Source of the DNA: Acidimicrobiia bacterium
GTDB taxonomy: Bacteria; Actinomycetota; Acidimicrobiia; IMCC26256; JAENVU01
Assembly (NCBI GenBank): GCA_031422675.1
Contig: JANPMG010000009.1
Location: 6,750 to 70,749, forward strand
DNA: 64,000 nucleotides
Direction of reading: 5' to 3'
Program-made: the position numbers and the translations under genes
Notes under the pieces: generated by a model
What the model was told of the DNA's origin: nothing
The model's input: the letters and a program-made list of their open reading frames with translations, nothing else
Databases searched by the model: none
In this document: positions 9,067 to 18,095 of the stretch, in pieces
Position numbering within the stretch: the first letter of the stretch is position 1
Layout: each line of letters starts with the position of its first letter

Positions 9067-10235
9067 CAGGATTCGATCCGCTCGATGATGGTGGCGTTGG
9101 CCATGCCGCCGCCTTCGCACATGACCTGCATGCCGTAGCGGCCGCCGGTGCGCTCGAGCTCGTTGAGCAAGGTGGCCATGAGCTTCGTGCCCGAGCCGCC
9201 GAGCGGGTGACCCAGCGCAATCGCGCCACCGTTCACGTTGACCTTCGCCATGTCCGCGCCGGTCTCCTTCTGCCACGCCAACACCACCGATGCGAACGCT
9301 TCGTTCACTTCGAAGACGTCGATGTCGTCGATGCTGAGACCGCTCTTCTCGAGGATCTTCTTGGTGACCGGGATCGGGCCCTTGAGCATGGTGACCGGGT
9401 CCGTGCCCGCGACGGCGAACGAGTGGAAGCGGGCGCGCGGCTTGAGGCCGAGCTCGGCGGCCTTCTCGGGGCTCATGATCAGCACCGCGGAGGCACCGTC
9501 ACAGATCTGTGACGAGTTGCCCGCGGTGATCGTGCCGTCTTCCTTGAACGCCGGCTTCAGGGCCGCCAGCTTTTCGGCCGTGGTGCCCTCGCGGATGCCT
9601 TCGTCGGTGGTGTGCATCTCCGGACCGTCGCCGAGGTCGACCTCGATCGGGACGATCTCGCTCTCGAAGCGACCCTCGCTCGTGGCCACGGACGCGCGGC
9701 GCTGACTCTCGGCACCGAACTCGTCCATGTCCTCGCGGGTGATGCCGTACTCGTCGGCGATCATGTTGGCGCCGATGCCCTGTGGCGGGAGGCCGGTCTC
9801 GGCGTAGCGGTCCATCTGCGCCTGCGGGAAGGGGAACCCGAGACCCTTGACCACCGAGGCGCCCATCGGCGTACGGGTCATGACTTCGACGCCCGCCGCG
9901 ACCACGCAGTCGTACGCGCCGGCCATGACACCCTGCGCGGCGAAGTGCATCGACTGCTGGCTCGAACCGCACTGGCGGTCCACCGTGGTGGCGGGCACGG
10001 ACTCGGGCCAACCCGCGGCGAGGACCGCGTTGCGCCCGATGTTGAGCGACTGCTCACCCACCTGCATCACACAGCCCATGATCACGTCGTCGACCTCGGC
10101 GGGATCGAGATGGTTGCGCTCGGCGAGCGCCTTGAGCACCTCCGCGGCGAGGGCGGCGGGGTGCCAGTCCTTGAGCTTGCCGTTGCGCTTGCCTCCCGGC
10201 GTACGTACGGCATCCACGATCACGGCATCGGTCAT
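9066..10235 (-). CDS. acetyl-CoA acyltransferase (thiolase)
   Basis: RQCGSS, NEAFA, GHPLG, MCEGGG. Confidence 0.95.
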   Translation of the reverse strand: MTDAVIVDAVRTPGGKRNGKLKDWHPAALAAEVLKALAERNHLDPAEVDDVIMGCVMQVGEQSLNIGRNAVLAAGWPESVPATTVDRQCGSSQQSMHFAAQGVMAGAYDCVVAAGVEVMTRTPMGASVVKGLGFPFPQAQMDRYAETGLPPQGIGANMIADEYGITREDMDEFGAESQRRASVATSEGRFESEIVPIEVDLGDGPEMHTTDEGIREGTTAEKLAALKPAFKEDGTITAGNSSQICDGASAVLIMSPEKAAELGLKPRARFHSFAVAGTDPVTMLKGPIPVTKKILEKSGLSIDDIDVFEVNEAFASVVLAWQKETGADMAKVNVNGGAIALGHPLGGSGTKLMATLLNELERTGGRYGMQVMCEGGGMANATIIERIES

Positions 10236-10304
10236 GTTGATTCTCCTGAACTTCAAGTCTCGGGGGTTATCGGTGGGACTGACGTGCGGGTTGGGACGGA
10301 GACG

Positions 10305-10790
10305 TCACACGATCGCGGGCTCGTGCCCGCTCGCGCGACGCAGGTTGGATTGGAGTTGTTGCAACACCGCGCTGAGGGCCTGGCGTTCCGCCCGGGTGAT
10401 GCCGGTGCGCAGTTCGGTGCGGAGCGTCTCGTCGATCGCGGTGACGCGGCCGACGAGATCCTGGCCGGACCGGGTGACCTGAATCTGCCACACCCGGCGG
10501 TCGTCCGCATCCGGATGCCGATCGACGAGTCCACGCGCCTGCAGTCGGTCGATCGTGGAACCGGTGGCGGCCCGACCCTGGCCGAGGTGATCGGCGATCT
10601 TGGTCTGGGTGACGGGACCGAAATCGGCCACGTACACGAGGACGATCGCCTGGGTCAGGTTGAGGTCGAGCTCCGCGAAGCGCTGGTCGTACGCGTCTCG
10701 GACGAGTCGGGCCGTCGCCATCAGTGTGGCTTCCACCCGAGTCCACGGCGGACCGTCGAGTTCATGGGGCGCAGCCGGCTGCACCGTCAT
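10305..10790 (-). CDS. MarR family transcriptional regulator
   Basis: Winged HTH with IDRLQARGLV and DRR; heads the beta-oxidation genes. Confidence 0.9.
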   Translation of the reverse strand: MTVQPAAPHELDGPPWTRVEATLMATARLVRDAYDQRFAELDLNLTQAIVLVYVADFGPVTQTKIADHLGQGRAATGSTIDRLQARGLVDRHPDADDRRVWQIQVTRSGQDLVGRVTAIDETLRTELRTGITRAERQALSAVLQQLQSNLRRASGHEPAIV

Positions 10791-10822
10791 GGACGCGCGC
10801 TCTGTATGCCGGCCGATTGCAT

Positions 10823-10844
10823 GGTTCCATACATTATGGGGACC
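10823..10844. promoter_or_regulatory. candidate MarR operator
   Basis: AT-rich imperfect palindrome GGTTCCATA-CAT-TATGGGGACC just upstream of marR. Confidence 0.4.
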
Positions 10845-10886
10845 TACTGACTGGGGCAAACTGACCCGACGACTCTACTTCCGGGC

Positions 10887-10905
10887 GTATCACGGGTGAT
10901 ACACT
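10887..10905 (+). promoter_or_regulatory. TA operator palindrome overlapping a -10 box
   Basis: Perfect GTATCAC-GG-GTGATAC; TACACT at 10900-10905 lies 8 nt before ATG 10914. Confidence 0.65.
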
Positions 10906-10913
10906 TCGCGTCC

Positions 10914-11150
10914 ATGACTGAAGTCTCGATCCGCGACCTCCGTAACCACGGCGGCGACATCGTCGATCGGGTGCAGTCGGGGGAACGAGTGACGATCACC
11001 CGGTCGGGAACCCCCGTCGCCGAACTCCGGCCGCTCACGCCACGAGGTGTGACCGCGGAGACGCTGCTCGAGCGGTGGCGTCACCTCCCGCACGTTGATC
11101 CCGCCCGGTTCCGTGCGGATGTCGACGAGCTGATCGATCCCGCGCTGTGA
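10914..11150 (+). CDS. vapB: Phd/YefM-type antitoxin
   Basis: VSIRDLRN...V..GERVTITRSGTPVAEL; GTGA overlap with the PIN gene. Confidence 0.88.
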   Translation: MTEVSIRDLRNHGGDIVDRVQSGERVTITRSGTPVAELRPLTPRGVTAETLLERWRHLPHVDPARFRADVDELIDPAL

Positions 11151-11560
11151 CCGGGCGCGGCACCGGGATCCTGGACACGAACGCCGTCATCCTGTTACCG
11201 CGCCTGACCGACGCGGCAACGCTGCCGACCGAGCCGACCATCACCGCGATCACGCTGGCAGAGCTCTCGGTCGGACCACTGGTGGCGGCCACCGCAGCCG
11301 AGCGCGCCGCGCGCCAAGCGCATCTCCAACAAGCCGAGGCCGACTTCGATCCGCTTCCGTTCGACGCCGCTGCCGCACGCGCATTCGGTGGAGTCGCTGC
11401 AGATCTGCGCGCGGCAGGTCGGAAGTCGAGCGCTCGCGCCTACGACGCGCTGATTGCCGCGATCGCGATTTCGGTTGACCTCCCACTCCACACGACGAAC
11501 CCCGACGACTTCACGGCAATCCGTGGGCTGCGCGTCGTCACGCTCGCTCAACCCGACTGA
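11147..11560 (+). CDS. vapC: VapC PIN-domain toxin
   Basis: LDTNAVI, TLAEL, YDALIAA, TTNPDDF acidic PIN residues. Confidence 0.9.
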   Translation: MTGRGTGILDTNAVILLPRLTDAATLPTEPTITAITLAELSVGPLVAATAAERAARQAHLQQAEADFDPLPFDAAAARAFGGVAADLRAAGRKSSARAYDALIAAIAISVDLPLHTTNPDDFTAIRGLRVVTLAQPD

Positions 11561-11888
11561 GCGGAGGAGCCGGGTCGGGTCCGATGAGCGAAGGGGCAGC
11601 CCCTGGCTCGGCGCGTGCTGGCTCGCATGGAGTGGCGCGTCCGGTTGGAAACGCAGTTGCGTCGATTCCCGAGAATGCGACTCGCGGTTCCGGTGAGCGG
11701 TCTGCATTGGGACCACCGCGACGGGCTCGTGCTACGCGGCCTCTCCCGCCTGCCAGTGTTCGCCGGGCCCGCTCGCAACTGAACCGTGGATGCAGGCCTT
11801 GGTGTTCTTCACCGGTCGATTCCTACTAGAACGGGTCCTGCCCGCACCCCGGCCGGGCCCCGCCACCGTCGATTCCCCTGGAGCCACC

Positions 11889-12995
11889 ATGGAACCCGTC
11901 GCCCTCGACGAGTACCCGATCCACCAGGCGCCGCTGTCGCTGCGCCATGTGCCCGCCAGCGACCGCAACTTCTACGACCGGTGTTACTTCAATGCCCACG
12001 ACCGCACCGGCGACATCTTCCTCATCACCGGCGGCGGGGTGTATCCCAACCTCGGCGTGGTCGACGCGTACGCGTGTGTGCGCCGCGGCGACACGCAGTG
12101 GAGTGTCCGCTGTTCCGACGCCCTCGACGACCGGCCACTCGATCTCGAAGTGGGTCCGTACCGGATCGAGGTCATCGACCCGCTGAAGCAGATCCGCATC
12201 ATCTGCGACGCCGACGAGCACGGCATCGGCTTCGATCTCACGTGGAACGGTTCGCATCCGGCGACGATGGAACAACCGCACCTCATGCGCAGCGGTCCGA
12301 ACGCGATCCTGGACGCATCTCGCTTCGCGCAGCTCGGGAGTTGGGAAGGATCACTCCGCGTCGACGGCGACGAGATCGCGGTCACGCCCGACACGTGGCT
12401 CGGCAGCCGCGACCGTTCGTGGGGTATCCGGCCGGTCGGCGAAGCGGCCGGGCCCGGCCGCGGGGCCGAGGAGTTCTTCGAAGGCTTGTGGTGGCTCTAC
12501 GTGCCGCTGCGGTTCGACGACTTCTCACTCATCGTGATCTGTCAAGAATCGCCCGACGGATTCCGCACCCTGAACGACGCAACGCGCGTCTGGGCCGACG
12601 GACGAGTGGAACAGCTCGGGTGGCCCGAGGTCACGATCGACTATACGAGCGGCACCCGCATCCCCGAGCGTGCCCACATCCGGCTCACCGCGCGCGACGG
12701 CACGCCCCTCGCCCTCGAAGTGGAGTCCCTCGGTTACGCAGTGCTCCACCAGGGCGCCGGGTACGGCGGCGACTCGGGCTGGACCCACGGCACCTGGCGC
12801 GGCCCCAACTGGATCGAGGGCCAGGTCTATGACCTCAACGACCCCGCCAACCTCGCGATGCGGCCGTTCGGCGTGATCGACCACGTGGGGAAGGCAACGT
12901 TGAACGGCGAGACCGGATGGGGCCTCTTCGAGCACGGCACCATCGGCCGTCACGATCCGTCCGGGTTCGCGGACGTGGGATCGGTCGCACCCTGA
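11889..12995 (+). CDS. conserved actinobacterial hypothetical protein, possibly AttH/tocopherol-cyclase-like beta fold
   Basis: DEYPIHQ...[11 protein letters not shown] and an RDRSWG motif; beta-rich composition. Confidence 0.6.
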   Translation: MEPVALDEYPIHQAPLSLRHVPASDRNFYDRCYFNAHDRTGDIFLITGGGVYPNLGVVDAYACVRRGDTQWSVRCSDALDDRPLDLEVGPYRIEVIDPLKQIRIICDADEHGIGFDLTWNGSHPATMEQPHLMRSGPNAILDASRFAQLGSWEGSLRVDGDEIAVTPDTWLGSRDRSWGIRPVGEAAGPGRGAEEFFEGLWWLYVPLRFDDFSLIVICQESPDGFRTLNDATRVWADGRVEQLGWPEVTIDYTSGTRIPERAHIRLTARDGTPLALEVESLGYAVLHQGAGYGGDSGWTHGTWRGPNWIEGQVYDLNDPANLAMRPFGVIDHVGKATLNGETGWGLFEHGTIGRHDPSGFADVGSVAP

Positions 12996-13009
12996 GGGAG
13001 ACCAAGCCG

Positions 13010-13770
13010 TTGGGATCGAGGGGCGGTGTCACGGACACGGTGATCGTCGGCGCGGGACTCGCCGGTCTCGCCGCCGCACGCACGCTCACCGACGCCGGAC
13101 ACGAGGTCGTGCTCCTCGAAGGGTCCGACGGAGTGGGCGGCCGAGTGCGCACGGACGTCGTCGACGGGTTCCGGCTCGACGGGGGCTTCCAGGTGCTGCT
13201 CACCGCATATCCCGATGTCGCCCGTCAACTCGACGTCGCCGCGCTCGATCTTCGCGTCTTCGGCCCCTGATCGGCGGCATCCAGCTCGACCCCGAACTCG
13301 GCGCGAGCAGTCGCATGGTCGAAGTGGTGTTGCGGTGTCTCGCAGTCGGCGATTCGGCGGTCCCTGCGACCGGGATGCAGTCCATTCCGGACCAACTCGC
13401 GCGGCGGCTGCCGGACGGAGTGCTTCGGCTCGACACGCCGGTCACGAACATCACCGAGGGCGCGGTCACGACCGCGAGCGGCGAGGTCGTACGCGCCGCC
13501 AATGTGGTGGTGGCGACCAAAGGTCCGGCGGCCGCCGCGCTCCTCGGCCTACCCGCCGTCGGGTCCCGGTCGGTGGCCTGCGTCTGGTTCGCGGCAGACC
13601 AAGCTCCGTTCACCCACAAGCTGATCGCGCTCGACGGTTCGAGCACCGGCCCGGCGCTGAACGTGAGCGTGATGACCAACGTGGCACCCGAGTACGGACC
13701 GCCCGGATCGACGCTGATCGGCGCCGCATGTCCGGGCCGGACCGACACAGACCTCGAAGTGGCGGTGCAC
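13010..13770 (+). pseudogene. FAD-dependent amine oxidase/phytoene-desaturase-like oxidoreductase, internally deleted, frameshifted and 3'-truncated
   Basis: GAGLAG...GGRVRTD...[10 protein letters not shown] stops at 13270. The downstream part ([13 protein letters not shown]...GMQSIPDQLA) resumes in another frame and ends near 13770. Confidence 0.8.
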
Positions 13771-13923
13771 GCGCCACGCTGCGCGAGTGCTCGCGATGAT
13801 CTCGCAGCCGAGCACCACCTCCACCGACGCAGCACTCGGCTCCGGCCGGGGCGGCCGGGGATAGTCCCAGACCGACTCTTCTCCCGGGCCGACCGGATCG
13901 CGCGCCGATCGCTCGACGTTCAC
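13767..13923 (-). pseudogene. DUF427-family protein, 5' fragment
   Basis: ESVWDYPRPP...EIIASTRAAWRV; homology then stops, with no LETxHPPxYY. Confidence 0.7.
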
Positions 13924-14111
13924 ACCGGGCGCGGGAGACGCGGCTGCGCCTCGATTTCACCGAAGCCGTCGGCGCGGTGCTCGAGCTGGAGCGTCACCTC
14001 GTCGTCGGGCTTCTCGAACGAACCGAACACGACGAAGCCGTAGAGGAACACCGCCGCGGCAACCGCAACAAAGACGACCGCGCCGATCTGGAAAATCACA
14101 CTCCGGCTCAC
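13920..14111 (-). CDS. small single-TM membrane protein
   Basis: Hydrophobic N-terminal helix; GTGA overlaps with both neighbours. Confidence 0.6.
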   Translation of the reverse strand: MSRSVIFQIGAVVFVAVAAAVFLYGFVVFGSFEKPDDEVTLQLEHRADGFGEIEAQPRLPRPV

Positions 14112-14317
14112 GACTGGTCCCTTTCACCCGCGAGCATCAATGCGCCGAGCGAGAGGATCGACGGGACCCAGATACCGACAAAGATTCCGGCACTCGTATC
14201 GTCTGCCACGAAATACAGGTACACCGACAGCAAGAACGACGCGAACGCCGCGCCGAACAGGATGAGTTTCACCGCGGTGAGCCGTCGGGCCCTCGTGGAG
14301 GTTGCGGTTGCGAACAT
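14108..14317 (-). CDS. small two-TM membrane protein
   Basis: AAGGAG RBS; two hydrophobic helices, GIFVGIWVPSILS. Confidence 0.7.
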   Translation of the reverse strand: MFATATSTRARRLTAVKLILFGAAFASFLLSVYLYFVADDTSAGIFVGIWVPSILSLGALMLAGERDQS

Positions 14318-14348
14318 CGGAACTCCTTGGTCGAGTGGGGCTACACGC

Positions 14349-14419
14349 CGTCTCCGGAACCAACTCGACCACTGGATGACCGGGTGACCCATCCGGATCC
14401 CCGACCAGATCCGTAGACG
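14349..14419. promoter_or_regulatory. back-to-back ECF (SigK-like) promoter motifs
   Basis: Plus strand: CCATCC(14389)-N17-CGTAGACG. Minus strand: TCATCC(14379)-N17-CGGAGACG. Confidence 0.55.
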
Positions 14420-14424
14420 TCGTG

Positions 14425-16011
14425 ATGGCCGAGGACGACGACCGAAACGAAGCCGAGATCAACACCCACCCGAGGATCGCCATGGACCACCAGCCGGACC
14501 CGCCGACCCGAGTGCTCGTTGCGGGCGCGACGGGATATCTCGGGCGACGGCTGGTGGGCGAGCTGGTTGCCATCGGGTGCAGCACGCGGTGCTTGGCGAG
14601 AACCCCGGCCAAGCTCGACGACGAAGGCTGGCGCGACCGGGTGCAGATCGTCACGGGCGATGTGCTCGACGCCGCGTCGCTCCAGCGGGCGATGGCGGAC
14701 GTGCAGGTCGCGTACTACCTCGTGCACTCGATCGGTTCGGGACCGAACTGGCAGGCGCGAGACCGCCAGGCGGCCGAGAACTTTCGCGACGCGGCCACCG
14801 CGGCCGGCGTCGATCAGATCGTGTACCTCGGTGGACTCGGTGACAGTGGCGACGCGCTCTCGGCCCATCTTCGGAGTCGCCACGAAGTCGGCGAGACCCT
14901 GCGCTCGGGGCCGGTGCCGGTCACCGAACTGCGCGCCGCCGTGGTCATCGGATCCGGGAGCGCCAGCTTCGAGATGCTGCGCCACCTCGTGGAGGTGCTG
15001 CCGATCATGACGACCCCCCGTTGGGTCGAGACGCGCGTCCAACCAATTGCCGTCCGGGACGTGCTCGCGTATCTCGTGGGCGTTCTCCACGCACCCGCCG
15101 GCTACGGCGAGATCCTCGAAGTCGGCGGGTCCGACGTCGTCACCTACCGCCGCATGATGGAGATCTACGCCGAAGAGGCCGGCCTCCCGCGGCGCGTCAT
15201 TCTTCCGGTGCCGGTCCTCAGCCCCCGGCTCTCGTCACTCTGGGTCGGGCTCGTCACTCCCATCCCCGCGACCCTGGCCCGACCGCTCATCGACAGCCTG
15301 GTGAACGAAGTCGTCGTGGTCAACCCGCGCATCGACGCCATCGTGGATCATCGGCCGACCGACTGCCGAACTGCGATCCGGCTGGCGCTCCGCCGCGTGG
15401 AAGATCTCGCCGTCACCACGCGCTGGACCGATGCCGAACTCCACGGTCGCTCGCCCGCGGACCCGATGCCGGCCGACCCGACGTGGTCCGGTGGAACGAT
15501 TCTCGCCGACGAACAGACGGCGTACACGAGCGCATCCGCCGACGCCGTCTACCGCGTCGTGTGTTCGCTCGGCGGGGACCGCGGCTGGCCGTCGGGCCAG
15601 TGGATGTGGACGATCCGCGGCTGGCTCGATCGCGCCGTCGGCGGGGTGGGCCTGCGCCGCGGCCGGCGTGATCCCGACGACCTGCGGGTCGGCGACGTCC
15701 TGGACTTCTGGCGGGTCGAAGCGATCGAGCCGAGCCGACGCGTTCGGCTACGCGCCGAGATGAAGCTTCCCGGCGAGGCCTGGCTCGAGTGGATCATCAC
15801 CGAAGAATCGCATCGCACACGGGTGGAGCAGCGAGCGCGCTTTCATCCGCGTGGGTTGTTCGGGCGGGCCTATTGGTACGCCCTCCTACCGTTCCACCGA
15901 TTCGTGTTCCACCCGATGGCCCAGCGCATTGCCGCACGCGCCGAGTTGTCGGAACTTGCGCCGGCCATTCCGCTCCGCACCGCGCAACGCCCCACCCACG
16001 ATCGGCTCTGA
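14425..16011 (+). CDS. atypical SDR (NAD(P)H-binding) with C-terminal DUF2867, YbjT-like
   Basis: GATGYLG, YYLVHS, HLRSRHEV, GSGSASFE, LRAEMKLPGEAWLE; start may instead be 14422 or 14482. Confidence 0.85.
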   Translation: MAEDDDRNEAEINTHPRIAMDHQPDPPTRVLVAGATGYLGRRLVGELVAIGCSTRCLARTPAKLDDEGWRDRVQIVTGDVLDAASLQRAMADVQVAYYLVHSIGSGPNWQARDRQAAENFRDAATAAGVDQIVYLGGLGDSGDALSAHLRSRHEVGETLRSGPVPVTELRAAVVIGSGSASFEMLRHLVEVLPIMTTPRWVETRVQPIAVRDVLAYLVGVLHAPAGYGEILEVGGSDVVTYRRMMEIYAEEAGLPRRVILPVPVLSPRLSSLWVGLVTPIPATLARPLIDSLVNEVVVVNPRIDAIVDHRPTDCRTAIRLALRRVEDLAVTTRWTDAELHGRSPADPMPADPTWSGGTILADEQTAYTSASADAVYRVVCSLGGDRGWPSGQWMWTIRGWLDRAVGGVGLRRGRRDPDDLRVGDVLDFWRVEAIEPSRRVRLRAEMKLPGEAWLEWIITEESHRTRVEQRARFHPRGLFGRAYWYALLPFHRFVFHPMAQRIAARAELSELAPAIPLRTAQRPTHDRL

Positions 16012-16026
16012 AAGGATCCCATCACG

Positions 16027-16470
16027 ATGCCCCGATACGAAACCAGCAATCACACACCGTGGTCCGTCGAGCGCGCCTTCGCGTACATGAGCGACCTTCG
16101 CCACTTCGAGGATTGGGATCCGGGCGTCTCTCGATCGGTCCAAGTCATCGGCACCGAGCCGCGGCTCGGCGCTGCCTACGACGTCACCGTGTCGAGTCCC
16201 GGGCCGAACCTGACCCTCCGATACGAGACAGTTGGGTTCGACGCACCCCGTCGGATCGAGGTCCGAGCCGAATCCCGTACGCTGCTCTCGATCGACACGA
16301 TCACGGTGACGCCGGACGGTGCAACCGGCGCCACTGTCACCTACGCCGCCGAGCTGTCGTTGCGCGGCACCCTCGGCATCGCCAACCCGATCTTGGGTCT
16401 GGCGTTCAATCGCATCGGCGACCGCGCCGCGCACGGACTGAGGCAGGCGATCGAGGGAACCGAGACGTGA
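16027..16470 (+). CDS. SRPBCC/START (polyketide cyclase-like) lipid-binding protein
   Basis: AFAYMSD...WDPGV, beta-rich core, C-terminal helix. Confidence 0.8.
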   Translation: MPRYETSNHTPWSVERAFAYMSDLRHFEDWDPGVSRSVQVIGTEPRLGAAYDVTVSSPGPNLTLRYETVGFDAPRRIEVRAESRTLLSIDTITVTPDGATGATVTYAAELSLRGTLGIANPILGLAFNRIGDRAAHGLRQAIEGTET

Positions 16471-17456
16471 GCACGGAGGCGGCGAACGCGCCGATGCTCG
16501 AAGAGCGCCTCGCAATGTTGGCTGCGCTGGTGAGCGGGGACGCAACGCTCGCCTACCGACTCGCGAGCGACTGTCTCGCGAATGGCGTGTCGTTCCATCG
16601 GATCGTCGACCACGTGTTGCAACCGGTGCAGGAGGATCTCGGCCACCGGTGGGCCGACGGTGAACTCGGAATCGCCGACGAACATGCGGCGACGGCTGCC
16701 GTGGAGGAGCTGTTGGTGAAGCTCGGCGCCACGGTCGAGACACCCCGCGGGCCGACGGTCGTCGTGGTCAGCGCCCCCGGCGACACCCACTCGCTCGGCC
16801 TCCGCGCCGTCTGGGGTGCGCTCGCGCTCGACGGGTTCCGTTCCGTGTACCTCGGCAGTTCGGTGCCGGCCACCGACCTGGCCGAGTTCCTCGAGTTCCA
16901 CGAGCCGCTCGCGGTCGCCCTCGGCTGCTCGATCCCGGCGGCCCTCACCGGCGCGGCCGAAGCAACCCGCGCGGCACATCGCGTCGGAGTTCCCGTACTC
17001 GGAGGTGGTCGCGCACTCCGGAACGTCGACCGCGCCACGCGGCTCGGTGTCGACGCATTCGCGCCCAACGCCGCCGAAGCCGTCACTCGATTCCGCGCCT
17101 GGACGACCGCGCCCCCCGAACACCTCGCGCCAACCCTCGAACCGATCATCGAACACCACCGACTCGCGGCGCGCGGGCCGACGTTGATCGCCGCCGCCCT
17201 CGATCGCAGCGCCATCACCGAGAGTTCTCGTACCGCCATGGCCGAAGATCTCGCCCGCCTCCTCGCGATCGTCGAAGCGGCGATCCTCCTCGACGACGCG
17301 GCAATCATCGACGAGCACCTGGCGTGGTTGCGCGACACCAGCGCCGCCCACGGAATCGATCGGAACCACGTGGACAGAACCATTCGAGATCTGGCCGACG
17401 CCCTCGACGGTGATCTGCTGCGCGCGGGCGAGTTTCTCCGATGTGCAATCGGTTGA
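16467..17456 (+). CDS. cobalamin-binding photoreceptor-type protein (CarH-like B12 module, no HTH) with C-terminal helical domain
   Basis: W-x9-EH (WADGELGIADEH), DxHxxG (DTHSLG), YLG, GG; GTG start overlaps the SRPBCC stop. Confidence 0.85.
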   Translation: MSTEAANAPMLEERLAMLAALVSGDATLAYRLASDCLANGVSFHRIVDHVLQPVQEDLGHRWADGELGIADEHAATAAVEELLVKLGATVETPRGPTVVVVSAPGDTHSLGLRAVWGALALDGFRSVYLGSSVPATDLAEFLEFHEPLAVALGCSIPAALTGAAEATRAAHRVGVPVLGGGRALRNVDRATRLGVDAFAPNAAEAVTRFRAWTTAPPEHLAPTLEPIIEHHRLAARGPTLIAAALDRSAITESSRTAMAEDLARLLAIVEAAILLDDAAIIDEHLAWLRDTSAAHGIDRNHVDRTIRDLADALDGDLLRAGEFLRCAIG

Positions 17457-17470
17457 GCGTCCGCGAGCCG

Positions 17471-18037
17471 CTACCGGTCTTCCTCCGTGAGCGCACCTCT
17501 CAGCCGCGCCAGGCCGGTGCGGATCCGACTCTTCACCGTCCCTTCCGGCTCACCCAACATCCGTGCGACCGTGCGGTAGCTGTGACCGCCGAAGTACGCG
17601 AGTTCAACGGCCCGCCGTTCGGATTCGGGGAGATCTGCGAGCGCCCGGCGCAGCGTCGTCGCCACCGAACGCGCCTCGACCTCGCCCTGCACGTCGGGCA
17701 CGGGCGTCAGTGGCTGGCGCGCCTCGCGCTCCTCACGCCGGAACCGCGCACCGTCTGCCCGCACCAGATCCAACGCTCGGCCGTGAGTGATCGCGAGCAG
17801 GAACGATCGCAACGTGCCGGTGGGCGCATCGAAGCGGTCCCACTTCTCCCACAGTCGCAGGAACACCTCCTGTGTCACCTCTTCGGCCCGCGCCTGGTCG
17901 CCGACGAGTCGACGGGCGAACGCCAGCACCGGTCCACGATGACGGCGCATGATCTCGGCCATGGCCGAGTCGTCGCCGCCTCGCAAACCCGCCACCAGGT
18001 CCGACTCCGAAACTTTCGCGATCGGCTCAGACGACAC
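17471..18037 (-). CDS. ECF RNA polymerase sigma factor, SigK-like
   Basis: AEEVTQEVFLRLW...FD, LAYFGGHSYR, GTVKSRIR; GGAGG RBS before GTG 18037. Confidence 0.9.
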   Translation of the reverse strand: MSSEPIAKVSESDLVAGLRGGDDSAMAEIMRRHRGPVLAFARRLVGDQARAEEVTQEVFLRLWEKWDRFDAPTGTLRSFLLAITHGRALDLVRADGARFRREEREARQPLTPVPDVQGEVEARSVATTLRRALADLPESERRAVELAYFGGHSYRTVARMLGEPEGTVKSRIRTGLARLRGALTEEDR

Positions 18038-18095
18038 CGGTTCCTCCCCCTCGCACACTACCGAGCGCGCCTGAATCGAACCCCGGGGGAATGTC

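Noticed and set aside
7517-10790. MarR-thiolase-dehydrogenase-hydratase cluster as novel
   Set aside because: Ordinary beta-oxidation module.
11561-11888. Long intergenic region as an ncRNA or riboswitch
   Set aside because: Only weak imperfect hairpins; no recognisable tRNA, cobalamin riboswitch or other family motif.
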